A DNA stretch of 62,971 nt, the filler included, from Reclinomonas americana ATCC 50394 (taxonomy: Eukaryota), in the NCBI GenBank assembly GCA_048213135.1. It is 6 parts of 4 records of this genome, joined end to end, with 100 filler letters (N's around TTAATTAATTAA, not from the genome) between each part and the next. Parts side by side here need not be neighbours in the genome. Positions count along the whole stretch, not along the records: positions 1 to 16,253 come from PS015395.1; positions 16,354 to 27,229 come from PS015396.1; 4 more parts are not named here. One strand, 5' to 3'. This document shows, piece after piece, positions 11,801 through 24,100 of the stretch. A model generated the notes under the pieces. That model searched no databases and was not told where the DNA came from. It saw nothing but the letters and a program-made list of their open reading frames with translations. The position numbers and the translations under genes were made by a program. Position 1 is the first letter of the stretch. Each line of letters opens with the position of its first letter.

Positions 11801-14800
11801 GGTGAGATCTGCGCATTGTTGGAGTTCTGTCGATGTGCTTCTCACTATTCCTGTTGCGCAGCTCCGCCAAGCGGCAACCGACAGCAGCGCAGTGAGTAGA
11901 GCACACTACAACCGTCACACTCCCTGCTGCTGACCAATTCTCTTTCTGTCTACTGTCTTCGCTCTTCTCCTCTCTCTCGCTCTTCTCCTCCCTCTCTCGC
12001 TCTTCTCCTCCCTCTCTCGCTCTTCTCCTCCGTCTCTCGCACTTCTCCTCCGTCCTCTGTCTCTCGTTCTTCTCCTCCCTCTCTGTGCACCTTTCTCTCT
12101 TCTCCTCCGTCTCTCGCTCTTCTCTTCCGTCTCTCGCTCTTCTCTTCCGTCTCTCGCTCTTCTCCTTGCCCACTCGCTCTTCTCCTCTGTCTCTCGCTCT
12201 TCTCTTCCGTCTATCGCTCTTTTCCTTCCTTTTTCCGCTCTTCTCCTCCGTCTCTCTTCTTATCCGTCTCTCGCTCTTGTCCTCCGACTCTCGCTCTTCT
12301 CCTCCCTCTCTCGCTTTGCTCCACCCTCTCTCGCTTTGCTCCTCCCTCTCTCTCTCTCTTCTTTTCCCTCTCTCGCTCTCCTCTTCCGTCTCTAGTTCTT
12401 GTCCTCCATCTCTCGCTCTTCTCCTACATCTCTTGCTATTCTCCTCCGTCTCTCGGTCTTCTCCTCCGTCTCTTGCTCTTCTCCTCCGTCTCTTGCTCTT
12501 CTCCGTCTCTCTCTCTCTTCTCTTCCGTCTCTTGCTCTTCTCCTCTATCTCTTGCTCTTCTCCTCTGTCTCTCTCTTGTCCTCCGTCTCTCGCTCTTCTC
12601 CTCCGTCTCTTGCTCTTCTCCTCCATCTCTCGCTCTCCTCTTCCGTCTCTTGCTCTCTTGCTCTTCTCCTCCGTCTCTCGCTCTTCTCCTCCGTCTCTTG
12701 CTCTTCTCCTCCGTCTCTCGCTCTTCTCCTCCGTCTCTCGCTCTTCTCCTCCCTCTCTCGCTCTTCTCCTCTGTCTCTCGCTCTTCTCCTCCGTCTCTCG
12801 CTCTCCTCTTCCGTCTCTTGCTCTTCTCCCCCGTCTCTTGCTCTTCTCTTCCGTCTCTTGCTCTTCTCTTCCGTCTCTCTCTTCTCCTCCGTCTCTCGCT
12901 CTTCTCCGTCTCTCTCTCTCTCTCTGTGCACCTCCCTCTCTCGCTCTTCTACTCCGTCTCTCTCTCTTCTCCTCCCTCTCTCGCTGTTCTCCTCCCCCTC
13001 TCGCTCTTCTCTTCTCACTCTCTCCCTCTTGGTATCTGCAGCAACGCGACTCTCGGCAGCGGCGCGAGATGGAAGCCGCGGAGGAGCTGCGTGCACTGCG
13101 CCAGCGATTCGACGAGTATCAAGCCGAGGTGAGTAATATGTGTGTCAGCCACGCGCCAACAACAGTGCTGACTCTTTCACGCAGGTGAGCGAAACGATGG
13201 CCTCGCGCACCAACGCCGACGTGGCTGCAATTGTTCGCATCCACCAAGAACAGGTGCGGCCGCAAGTGTTGCCCTCTTGCAGGAAGACGCTCACATCTTT
13301 GGTGCACAGTTTGAGGAGGAGCTGCGTCTCGTGAAGGAAGCCAATGACGAGCGCATGCAGCGCAAGGAGGCGGAGGTGAGGGCAACGTGCAAAGGTGATT
13401 TCTGCACTTGTGCTCATTGCTGCTGCAGTTTGGCGCGTGGAAAGACACGTATCGCAACCAGTTGGCCGAGGCCATGGCATCGTTGCAAGAGGCGCAGCAG
13501 GAGCTGGCGGCTCGGCAGCGGTCGAGTGGGGCAGCGGTGAGTGAATGGCGAAGGGTGGCCTAAGGGGGGTGAAGGGAAGGCAGAAGCGACAGAAAGTGTG
13601 TCGAATTCTGGCGGTATTTTGCAGCAGTGATTGTGGAGGAGTGTGGGCCGGCGATTCTTTCGTCTTGTTTTGCCTTCGTCGACTGAGCATCTCCTTGCGT
13701 GCAGGAGGCCGTGATGCAGCAAAAGCTGGAGGCGGAGGAGGCCAAGGAGCTGTTGACTCGCGAGGTCAGTTTTTCGAAGATTGAGTGCGCAACGAGGCGA
13801 GTGTCTCACTCTCCTCGCAGCTCGCCGACCTGCGACGCATGTACGGCGAGGCGGAGGACCGATATGCTCGGTTGTCGATTGAGGTGAGAGTTGACACTTG
13901 GTTTGCTTCTCGTGCCTCGCTGACAAATTTGTGCAGTTGCAGCAGGCTCGTGCGGCAGTGAGCGAGGCCGGTCGCAGTCAGCCAGCTGCTGAGAAGTCAC
14001 AGGTGCGTCTTTATCAGTATTTTCTTGAGCATGCGTGCGTGGGCGTTTGTGTGGGCGAGTGTGTGGTGTTTATATGTCTGGTTTGCCGTTTGTGTTTGTG
14101 GTGTCTTTGTTGAGGCTTTGCCTGCTGTTCACTCCAGTTCTCTCCTGCTCTCTGAGTTCTCTCCTGTTCTCTCTTGTTCTCTCTTGTTCTTTCCTGTTCT
14201 TTCCTGTTCTTTCCTGTTCTCTCTTGTTCTCCTGTTCTCTCCTGTTCTCTCCTATTCTCTGAGTTCTCTCCTGTTCTCTCTTGTTCTCTCCTGTTCACTT
14301 CTGTTCTCTCCTGTTCTCTCCTGTTCTCTCCTGTTCTCTCCTGGTCTCTCTATAATCGCTCCTCTTCTCTCTGTTCTTTCTTGTTCTCTGTTGTTCTTTG
14401 AGCGTGACACTTAAAGGCGCCCTTACCAATTGCGTGAAAGCAGGCTGGTGCAGACGTTGGCGGTGCACGTTGCGTTTCCCTGGCCTCACCTTCCCCCTCC
14501 CCCTCCAATTCTCATTTTTCCTGCTTCCCCTTGTACTCTCTCTCTCCCCGCAGTGGCCGAGCGCGCGCGCTACGCCGAGGACGCACTGGCTCGCGTGTTG
14601 TACACGTCGGGGCTGGTGTCGTCGAGCCAGCGCGTGCCGCAGGAGGGATTGGATGCGAGTTGGCGGGCGCGCATCGAGCGGTGCCTGTGCATTGTGCGGG
14701 ATGCGGTGGACATGCAGCAGACGTTGATATTGGTGGGGACAGAGTTGGGCGTGTTGAGGGTGGTGGAGGGTGGGAGGGTGGTGGATGCGTCGGCCACGTT

Positions 14801-16017
14801 GGAGCAGGTGAGGGGGAAGGAGAAGGGGAGTAACTGGGGAAGGGGGAGAGAAGGGGAAAGAAGAGAAAAGGGAAGAGAAGGGCAAGGGAGTAACTGGGGA
14901 AGGGGAGGGGAGGGGGGAGAGACGAGAAGCAAGAGTGGACGTGCGAGAAAGAAACGAAGAGGAGGTGGTGGCAGAGGAAACGGAAGACAAGCACATAGTG
15001 TGGAGAGAGAAAGTGGGGGAGGAGAAGATGGCGCTGAGTGCGTGAAAGAGTTTTGCCAGGCGTCAAGGGTTGAAGAGCAAGGGTCAAGGGATGAAAACAG
15101 TCAAGGAGGATTCGATGAACGAGAAACAAGGAGGGAGGAGAGAACTGAGAAACCAGGAGAGACAATAGAGAACGTTAGAGACCAGGAGAGAACAGGAGAG
15201 AACAGGAGAGAACATAGAGAGGAAACAGATAACAGAGAGACCAGGAGAGAACAATAGAGAACAAGAGAGAACAAGAGATGAGTGAGGAGCGAAAGCGGAG
15301 TGGGGACAATAAGGATGGAATCAGAAGGACCGCAATGGGGAGAGAGAGAGAAAAGTGAGATCCTTGGTTGCTTCTACTGTCCGGCAACGAGAAAAGAAAC
15401 GAGATGAAGTGAGAGAGAATGAGTGCAACAAGATTTCGCAACACAGATGGTGTACCCACCATTCCCCCCCCTCCAGTGCCGTCAATCGGTGATCACTCGC
15501 GAGGAACTCGTGCGAATCCAGTCAACCATGCCCGTTCTCTTCTCCGAGTTGCGTCACCCCGCCGTCGCCTTTTGTCTCTCTCCTCCTCCCTCACTCCACC
15601 GCCGCAGCATTGAGCACGTGTGCAAGGAGCGCATCCAGGCCTCGGTGCTGTTGACGCGCTGCACTTCCAATCCGCAGTACTACGAGGTCATTCATCGCGG
15701 ACACGTGCGCGTTCTGGTAAAGTCCGACGAGGCGGATCCGCGCAGCAATCAGCGCGTCAAGTGCGTACCTCTCTGCTCGCCGTCCCTCTTCTTCTCCCCT
15801 CACTCTGCTGCGCCTGCAGGCAAATCCGTAACGATGATTCGGTGCTATTGGCGACCATTGTCGGTCTTGTGCCGGCCACGGTCGCGGCGGTGAGCACAAG
15901 AGAGACAGAAGAGGAGTCCTTGCTCGTACTCACCCCTTGCCGCAGAACGAACGGCTACCCGACGGACTGCGGGTGGGCATGCCGTACTTTACGGCGTTGG
16001 TGGATGGTGGGGTGTGA
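5819..16017 (+). CDS. ATG11: ATG11/FIP200 (RB1CC1)-like autophagy scaffold, many small exons
   Basis: The N-terminal ubiquitin-like segment ends in YPRLYVFSRAFL. The mid-region EVARRRVFAEEF...CPEMAKPVATF resembles the Atg11/Atg17-like region. A long microexon-encoded coiled coil follows. The C-terminal exons give VLLTRCTSNPQYYEV...VLLATIVGLVPATVAANERLPDGLRVGMPYFTALVDGGV*, matching the Atg11/FIP200 claw pattern. Internal exon boundaries are not all resolved. Confidence 0.72.
6780..7640. repeat. Degenerate intronic tandem repeat with alternating purine/pyrimidine blocks
   Basis: GAGCAGAGCGAGGG...GGAGAACAGAGCAG...TTGCTTCCCTGG...CCTGCGTCTCATTCGCTCCG recurs several times. Confidence 0.7.
8994..9438 (+). 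repeat. Telomere-like degenerate (TTGAGGG)n minisatellite in ATG11 intron
   Basis: Dense GAGGGTT / AAGGGTTGAG heptamer-based array. Confidence 0.85.
11950..13025. repeat. Intronic ~20-nt pyrimidine minisatellite (CTCTTCTCCTCCGTCTCTCG)n
   Basis: Direct inspection; explains the long spurious low-complexity ORFs on both strands. Confidence 0.9.
14135..14400 (+). repeat. 10-nt minisatellite (CTCCTGTTCT)n; reverse-complement copy at ~15130-15280
   Basis: CTGTTCTCTCCTGTTCTCTCCTGGTCTCT at ~14321 is the reverse complement of AGAGACCAGGAGAGAACAGGAGAGAACAG at ~15177. Confidence 0.85.
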
Positions 16018-16049
16018 GGGAGAAAGTAAAGAAACGCGTCATTACACTC

Positions 16050-16166
16050 TCAGTCATCAGACTCATCCTCCTCGCTGTTGACAATCGAGGCCTGCCAGTG
16101 CGCCCAGGCACGGGCGTTTTGTTGTACAGAGGACGACAGGACTTCGGCCTCTTCCTCGGCGACGGA
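16050..16166 (-). CDS. Terminal exon of an unidentified gene cut by the scaffold end
   Basis: Pyrimidine tract and CAG acceptor, then SVAEEEAEVLSSSVQQNARAWAHWQASIVNSEEDESDD*; the stop lies ~32 bp from the ATG11 stop. Confidence 0.55.
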   Translation of the reverse strand, partial: SVAEEEAEVLSSSVQQNARAWAHWQASIVNSEEDESDD

Positions 16167-16253
16167 CTGCGGAGGAGGGGAAGAGGGGGGGGAAGAGGGG
16201 GGGGAATGGGGGAGAAGGGGGAGGACAGGGGGAAGGGGGGGGAGGGGGATGAG

Positions 16254-16353
16254 NNNNNNNNNNNNNNNNNNNNNNNNNNNNNNNNNNNNNNNNNNNNTTA
16301 ATTAATTAANNNNNNNNNNNNNNNNNNNNNNNNNNNNNNNNNNNNNNNNNNNN
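16254..16353. other. Artificial scaffold-joining spacer (N44-TTAATTAATTAA-N44)
   Basis: Six-frame-stop linker embedded in exactly 100 nt. Confidence 0.97.
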
Positions 16354-16667
16354 CGGATACACACGAACACTCAGGATGAGAGTGAAAGAAGACAGCATTC
16401 AGTGCTTCTTCTCGATGGCACTGCACTCTGGTTGTATGCAGGCGTGCGTACAGGTGTGTGCCAAGAGAGAGAAAGAGAGAGAGAGAAAAATTCAGCCCTT
16501 CTCATGTTCTACACCTAAGAGCGAGCGAGATGGTGAGCGAACGACAAGCCCAGATGATTGGAGAGCAACCAGTCGAGTCGGAGAGAGCGAGAGAGGGAGA
16601 GGCAGAATGCTTCAGCGCCAAAGAAGTGTGTGGACGATGAAGCCGTTCCCCTCCACCTTCTCCTCAT

Positions 16668-19600
16668 TCACCGCACCTTGAGCAATCGCTGGAACTCCGT
16701 CAGCGACATTCGCCGCACGTTGCTGCGCTGCAGCGCCGACACCAGAGGCGGTAGTTGACAGCTCTCCTTTAGTTGATCGGAGATGTGTTGTGCCGCCAGC
16801 ATCGACGCGTGCAGTGACTCCTTGTCGCCGCGTGTTCTTCGGAAGCGTGATGACTGGGCAAGCGAAAACATGAGTGAGAGGCACGACAAAGGGGCAACGA
16901 AGGGAGATGGACGGAAATTGATTAATCAACAGATGACTCGAGGAGAGAGAGATATTGTAGATAATGACCGATCGACACTGTGAGAGACTGTGCACGCACG
17001 GAAAGGGAGAACAAAGAGACGATCAGAGTGACAAAAATATGATGAATCACGCACGGAATAGGAGCACAGAGACACAGGCACCAGAGTGAGCAAAGAAGAG
17101 ACAATACAAATGAAGCACACATGGAAAGGGAGCACACAGCACAGGACAATCAGAGTAAGCAAAGAAGAGACAATGCATAAAATGACGCACACACGGAAAG
17201 GGAGCACACGATGCAGGCACGCATGAACGATCAGAGTGAGCAAAGAAGAGACAATAAAATGAATCACACACGGAAAATGAGCACACGACACAGGTACGCA
17301 TGAACAATCAGAGTGAGCAAAGAAGAGACGAACATGAATGAAGCACACACGAAAAAAGAGCAGACCAGGCACGCATGAACAATAAGAGCGAGAAAAGAAG
17401 AGACAATAAAATGAATCTCACACGGTAATGGAGCACACGATGCAGGCACGCACGAACGATTGGAGAGAGCACAGAAGAGACAAAACATAAAATGCACACA
17501 TGGAAAGGGAGCACACAACACAGGACAATCAGAGTGAGCAAAGAAGAGACAATGCATAAAATGAAGCACACACGGAAAAAGAGCTCAGAGACACAGGCAC
17601 CAGAGTGAGAAGAAACAACAAAATGAAGCACACACAGAAAGGGAGCACACGATGCAGGTACACATGTAAGATCAGAGTAAGACAAGAAGTGAAGCACACG
17701 CAGAAAAGGAGCACACGATGCAGGACAATCAGAGTGAGAAAAGAAGTGACAACAATCATAAAATGTAGCACACACAGAAAGGAACACACGATGCAGGCAC
17801 GCATGAGCGATCAGAGTGAGCAAAGAAGAGACAAACCCATAAAAATGAAGCACACGCGGAAAAGGTGCACACACCACAGCTAAGCATGAATAATCAGAGT
17901 GAGAAAGTAGTGAGAAAAAGAAAGCCCTGTTCCTCTCATCCCCACCCCCTTTCCCTCCAGAATCACGCACCACGCCGTCACCTTCCGCCACCTCCTCCTC
18001 CCCACCATCCGCCGCCTCGTCCGGCTCGCGGAACGCCACAGCTCGGACCGCCGGCGTATCACGTGGCGGTGAGATGCGCACGGCGGGAATCAGCAGCGCG
18101 GGTGGTGCGGGCGAGGCCGTGACAAACGCAGGCACGCCGGTTTCGAAATCCGCCAGACCGACGGCGGTGGGATAGCGATCAAACGAGTAGTCCGACAGGG
18201 AGTTGACGGGCGAGTGGCGACCTGCCGCGAAGGACAAGGGATCAGCAAGGCACCGTCACCACTTTCCCGCACGCAAGCTCACCGTTTCCCACTGTCGATA
18301 CGGGGGAGTGGCGACCTGCGACATAGGATAGGGATTAGTAAGGCATCATCACCTCCTTCTCAAACGACCTCACCGTTCCCCACTGCCGACACGGGGGAGT
18401 GGCGACCTGCGACACAATAAGACAAGGATCAGCACGGCCCCTTCCCCTCACCCCGCCCCTTACGTGAGCTCACCGCTTCCCACTGCAGAGACGGGCGAGT
18501 GGCGACCTGCGCGACAAAAAAAGACAAGGGATCAGAGCAATGCACTGTCACCGCCCTTCCCCTCAAAGCTCACCATTCCCCATCGCCGAGAGGGGCGGCG
18601 ACACGGAGCGCAGGTACCGCGAGATGGGCAGATCCTCGACGTCCGGCTCGGGCGACGGCTGCAGGCGACCGCTGGTGCGCCGCAACGACTGCAGCAGTCC
18701 GCGCGTCTCGGCCATTTCACGATCGAGCGTCTGCATGCGCTGGCGCACGAGCATCTTGGCGGGCGAGTCGGTGGCGGCCACATTGGAGAACGCCAGCGCG
18801 AGCATCACTTGCGCCTGCTCCATCTCCTGCAGCGCCTCCTCCAGCCGCAGCTCCATGGCCGGCGACGACGGCAACACGGGGACCGCCGCCATCAGTGTGC
18901 TAGAGGGGGAGCTGTGCGGGATGACGGGGGGCGGCAGCGGGGAGGGCGATGAGAGCGCGCGGGCCAGCACGCTGGTGTAGGGCGATGATGAGTCGGTGGT
19001 GGTGGTGATGCGACGAGGGGGCGAGGGGGAGAGGCGGGAGTCGCTTGCCGGTGATCCACCGGAGGAGGAGGGGGGTGAGGAGGAGAGTGGGGAGGAAGAG
19101 GAGAAGGGTCCGGTGGCGTAGGTGGCCATGAGGCGTTCGACGTGGCTGGCGAGGGCGGGGGGAGGGGTGAAGGTGGCGGGGAGGGGGGCGGGAGGGGGTG
19201 GAGGGGTGGATTCGGTAGGTCTTCGGGTGGAGGTGGTGGTGGTGGAGGAGGGCTGTGAAGGGGGAGAAGGGGAGGGTGAGGGGAATGAAGGGGGAGGTGA
19301 GAGGGACAGAGGGGAAAGGCAGGGGAAAGGGAAANNNNNNNNNNNNNNNNNNNNNNNNNNNNNNNNNNNNNNNNNNNNNNNNNNNNNNNNNNNNNNNNNN
19401 NNNNNNNNNNNNNNNNNNNNNNNNNNNNNNNNNNNNNNNNNNNNNNNNNNNNNNNNNNNNNNNNNNNNNNNNNNNNNNNNNNNNNNNNNNNNNNNNNNNN
19501 NNNNNNNNNNNNNNNNNNNNNNNNNNNNNNNNNNNNNNNNNNNNNNNNNNNNNNNNNNNNNNNNNNNNNNNNNNNNNNNNNNNNNNNNNNNNNNNNNNNN

Positions 19601-20597
19601 NNNNNNNNNNNNNNNNNNNNNNNNNNNNNNNNNNNNNNNNNNNNNNNNNNNNNNNNNNNNNNNNNNNNNNNNNNNNNNNNNNNNNNNNNNNNNNNNNNNN
19701 NNNNNNNNNNNNNNNNNNNNNNNNNNNNNNNNNNNNNNNNNNNNNNNNNNNNNNNNNNNNNNNNNNNNNNNNNNNNNNNNNNNNNNNNNNNNNNNNNNNN
19801 NNNNNNNNNNNNNNNNNNNNNNNNNNNNNNNNNNNNNNNNNNNNNNNNNNNNNNNNNNNNNNNNNNNNNNNNNNNNNNNNNNNNNNNNNNNNNNNNNNNN
19901 NNNNNNNNNNNNNNNNNNNNNNNNNNNNNNNNNNNNNNNNNNNNNNNNNNNNNNNNNNNNNNNNNNNNNNNNNNNNNNNNNNNNNNNNNNNNNNNNNNNN
20001 NNNNNNNNNNNNNNNNNNNNNNNNNNNNNNNNNNNNNNNNNNNNNNNNNNNNNNNNNNNNNNNNNNNNNNNNNNNNNNNNNNNNNNNNNNNNNNNNNNNN
20101 NNNNNNNNNNNNNNNNNNNNNNNNNNNNNNNNNNNNNNNNNNNNNNNNNNNNNNNNNNNNNNNNNNNNNNNNNNNNNNNNNNNNNNNNNNNNNNNNNNNN
20201 NNNNNNNNNNNNNNNNNNNNNNNNNNNNNNNNNNNNNNNNNNNNCCACACACACACACCTCCTTCCTCTTCTGCGGACTCAACGCCGACCGCAACCACTT
20301 GGGCACCGCAATCCTCTCCTCTCCATCCTCACCACCACCCTCCCCATCCTCCTCGCCTCCTCCTCCACCACTGCCATTCTCAACTCCGCGACCACTGTTG
20401 GTCAGCAAGCGCGCGCGAAAGAGCTCGTGGTGATGCAGAGAGGGAACAGTGGATGAAGGTGGAGGTGGGGGAGAGGGGTTGGTGGCGGTGCGAGGTGACC
20501 GTTGTGGGGAGTGGCGAGGGGAGGAGCGGCGAGGTTGGGCGCGTTGAGTGGTGGTGGTGAGTGTGGAGGAGAAGTAGCGAGGTGAGCGGCTGCTCAT
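16668..20597 (-). CDS. Uncharacterised Ser/Pro-rich, largely disordered protein with short coiled coil and RHSP microexon array (spans an N gap)
   Basis: First exon MSSRSPRYFSS...LSPQKRKE|gt. A large exon contains MELRLEEALQEMEQAQV...MQTLDREMAETRGLLQSL. Three 33-nt exons and the exon GRHSPVNSLSDYSFDRY follow. The probable last exon is ...RRMSLTEFQRLLKVR*. Confidence 0.55.
16975..17920. repeat. Intronic ~60-90 bp degenerate tandem repeat
   Basis: CAGAGTGAGCAAAGAAGAGACAAT...AAATGAAGCACACACGGAAAGGGAGCACACGATGCAGG repeated roughly ten or more times. Confidence 0.9.
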
Positions 20598-20819
20598 GGT
20601 GGTTGTTGAGTCGGTGGTGACAGTGACAGTGGGACCGGGGACTTGTGGCAGTCGCGTGTTGGTTCAGGTTGAGAGCAGAAGTGGCGAGTAGAGTGGCTGC
20701 TTTAGGCTTCAGAGTGCTGGATCTGGCTAGCTTTGCGACCATGTCTTGTGAAGTCGAAGCAACTTCGCGATCGCTGCGGCTTTCGCTGCGATATTTTCGC
20801 GGTGGCCATAAGAGGGGAA

Positions 20820-21025
20820 GGGTTGGTGCGAGGTGACCGTTGCGGGGAGTGGCGAGGGGAGGAGCGGCGAGGTTGGGCGCGTTGAGTGGTGGAAAGTGTG
20901 GAGGAGAAGTAGCGAGGTGAGCGGCTGCTCATGGTGGTCGTCGTTGAGTGGTGACAGTGGTGTGGGACCGGGACTTGTGGCAGTCGCGTGTTGGTTCTCG
21001 TTGGGTGTAGAAGTGGCGAGTAGAG
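20820..21025 (-). repeat. Local duplicate of the 5' end of the neighbouring gene (copy of ~20476-20693)
   Basis: Second MSSRSPRYFSSTL...QRAQPRRSSPRHSPQRSPRT ORF (20702-20932) with shared upstream sequence, diverging to a stop after the shared part. Confidence 0.85.
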
Positions 21026-21128
21026 GAAGACAAGCTGCTGTCAAGGGTCCGCAACGCGATCATGAAGAAACATGCAAAGCGATCGATTCAGCTTATGCAC
21101 AGGGAACTTGTAAACTTCTGTTGTATCG

Positions 21129-24100
21129 CTACCAAAGTTCCAGTGTGAACTGCCCACACGCCTCACGCAGTGCACGCATCGCATCGAGCACCTCATGCGA
21201 GGTTGGCCGATCACGTCGCAAGCTTATGCAGCGCATGCCGAGCTCGAACATGGGTTCGGCGATGCGCGGTGTCCACTCTGCTCCACGATCGACAAGCTCC
21301 ATGGGACGCAGCGAGGCTGGCGAGTCGTCCCACTCCACGGACCACTCCACTACTGTGGCCTCAGACTTGCCAGTCACCAGCTGCACCAGTACCGCACCCA
21401 TGCTGTACACGTCGTGCTTGGGGTGAGGACGGCGCACACGCATCGCCAGTGGGTCCATGTAATCCAGCGTGCCGGCGGCGGTCGTCGTCTGTGAAACGGG
21501 AGAAGGTGAGACAGCGTAGAAGAGAGAGGAGAACGGAGCCAACAAACCTTGCCATCTGCAATCGACCGCGCAATGCCAAAGTCACCGAGACATGGCTCGA
21601 AGCGGTGATCAAGCAGCACATTGGAGGGCTTGATGTCGCGGTGTACAACATTATTCTGTGAGCGGAGATAAGTGAGGTGAGGCACGATGTATGAAACACG
21701 ACAGCAAGGAGAGAATAAAGCCGAATGGAGAGGAGAGTACACGAGAAGCAGCGGAGACATCAACAGCGAAGACTGACGAGGAGAAGAGAGAGAGAGAGAG
21801 AGCACACAGACAGCAAGGGTGCCTCTACAGGGAGAGGAAACGAAGCGAGGCGTCCACATCGGTCAGACCTTGTGCAAGAACGCCACGGCCTCGGCCAATC
21901 CGAGACCAATCTGCACACGCTGCACGACCGTGAGTGGTGCATGGCCGACGCGTGGCAGCAGAAGCAGATCTTCCAAGTTGGGAACTCTGTGCGCTTTCAC
22001 AGTGAGATGATGATTGAGAAAGAGAAGAGGAGAGAGTGACGAGTAACCCACTGCAGGGCCTTGTACACGAGACAGCGTGCCTTGTCGTCGCCCACTGAGT
22101 AACCGATGAGGGGCACGATGCGACGGTCGCGTAGGCGTCCGAGAGTGGCCACCTGCGAGATGGAGAAGAAGGATGAGGAGAGAGAGAAGAAACTGGAGAG
22201 GGGAGAGACATACAGACCTCACTCTCAAACGACTCCATCGTCCACGGTGCCTCGGGGTCGAGCACCTTGATGGCCACGTGCATCTCGCGTAACAAAGTGA
22301 TGAACACGGCACCCTGGCCACCCTCGCCGACCTTGAGGCGTGGCGAGAAGGAGTCGGTGGCGTGCACGATCTCGGGCCACTCGAAGCGCTGCACGGCGGT
22401 GTCGACTGTGGAGGGCGTGATGGGAAGAGAGAGAGATGGGTGAGAATGAAGGAGACAGAAATACTGGGAAAATAAGGAAGAAGAAAATGAGGTCATGAGA
22501 CGGACCTTGGGTGAGGAGGAGGTCCTGTCGCAACTGGGAGACGAGTTGATTGCTTTCGTGCAGCTGCGCGGCGAGATCGTCCTTGTCACGCAGGGCCTCA
22601 GTCAGCTGAGCGGTGATTTGATCTCGCTCGGCTTTCAGTTGGGAAATCTCTTGCTCATCCTCAGCATGAGCTCGCTGCCAGTCAGCGTTGGCTCGCTGCA
22701 AATGCGCACTTCGCTGTTGCTCTTCAGACAGACCACGTCGTAGCTCTGCGTTCGCAAGCTGCAGCTCCGTCCGCTGCCGGTCGAACTCTCTCTTCTGCTG
22801 CTCTCGCTCCTGCTGTGACGCCACGAGATCGCGCTGAAGTTGGATGACGAGCGCTTCTCTCTCGACGAGCTGGCGTGCCAATGCAGGATCATCACCAACC
22901 ACCTGCACAGGAGGCCGATGTGACACGAGAGAGCAAGGTGTGCATAGAGTGAACTCAATGATCGGTACTGACGCGGAGACTGTCGATCTCAGTCTCACCT
23001 GGCGTGCTGGCGCTAAAAGTATCGCGGAGCAATACACAACGACACAAAACACGGTTGAGTGAGAGCAGGAATTAAATGGATCACACAAGTTAACGGACAG
23101 GGAGACCACACCTGCTGGACGAAGAGGCTTTTCCATCAGAGGCTGTTGTCGGGGTGGCGATGGTTCCAAAGCGAGGCGATCGAGCAACTCGGCCACCTGA
23201 ACATGTCCTCTTCCACGTGCCCACTGCGCCGCGGTCTTGCCCTTCTTGTTGACGACGGGAATAAGGTCGGGATAGCGAGTGGCGAGGAGTCGCACAATCG
23301 CTTCGTGGCCATTCTTGGCAGAGACATGCAGTGCAGTGGACTGTGGAAACATGTCACGGTCATCGGTAACCGCCCGCACCGTCTGTGGCGGACATCGTCG
23401 CTTGTCGGCAAGCAACCACTGCACCACTTGCAGATGGCCAAAGCAAGCGGCCCCAATCAACGGTGTTTGCCCATAGTCGTTGGCCAACTGCGCGAGTTGC
23501 GGTCCAATGCCAGTCTCCTCCCACAAATACTCCAACACGGAGAGACGGCCCTGATGAGCGCCACATACAAATGCAGAGCGGCCGTACTTATCCATCTCCT
23601 CTCTCTTCAGCAGCGTCTGCGCACCCTCGCGGGTCACTAATTCGCGCAGCGCCACCACATCTCCTTCCGTTGCCATCTCCCATGCTTTCTTTTGACGGCG
23701 CTGGCTTGCAGCACTGCAACAAAGAAGTGCGGGTGAGGTTTTAGAGGCCAAAATAATTAACTGTGAGTCGATGTGAAACTCGCACACAATCCCACCTGTC
23801 GATCATTCGGCGTGCTGCTGCGAGTGCCTGTGGTCGAGCCACACAACGTGAGTGCCAAACAGACACGTGCCAACTCCGGTCAACAGGTACAACTAAGTCT
23901 CACCCGTTGTACTGCGCATAAGGCACACCAATAGAGCGAAGAATAAATTAGTCAGTTATACAACCACCAGAGCACGAGGAAACAACAAAACTTGATGGCG
24001 GCGGAGTAGGGGGAACAAGAAATCGTTGCGAAGCGAGGCGATCGAGTAAATCGGCCACTTTCCGCTTGTTATTGATACGTGCCAACTGAGCTGCTGTCTT

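Noticed and set aside
11772..13188. 367-aa Leu/Ser and 284-aa Arg/Glu ORFs
   Set aside because: Translation of a 20-nt intronic minisatellite; only the final ~90 nt is a real ATG11 exon
16050..16166. Possible phosphodiesterase C-terminus (N-x-x-x-W)
   Set aside because: Too short to support a family call
16298..16309. TTAATTAATTAA palindrome as a piggyBac target or regulatory site
   Set aside because: It occurs identically within N runs five times; it is an assembly linker
18210..18510. Regularly spaced repeats resembling a CRISPR array
   Set aside because: The 'spacers' are mutually similar and bounded by GT/AG; this is a eukaryotic microexon array with no cas genes
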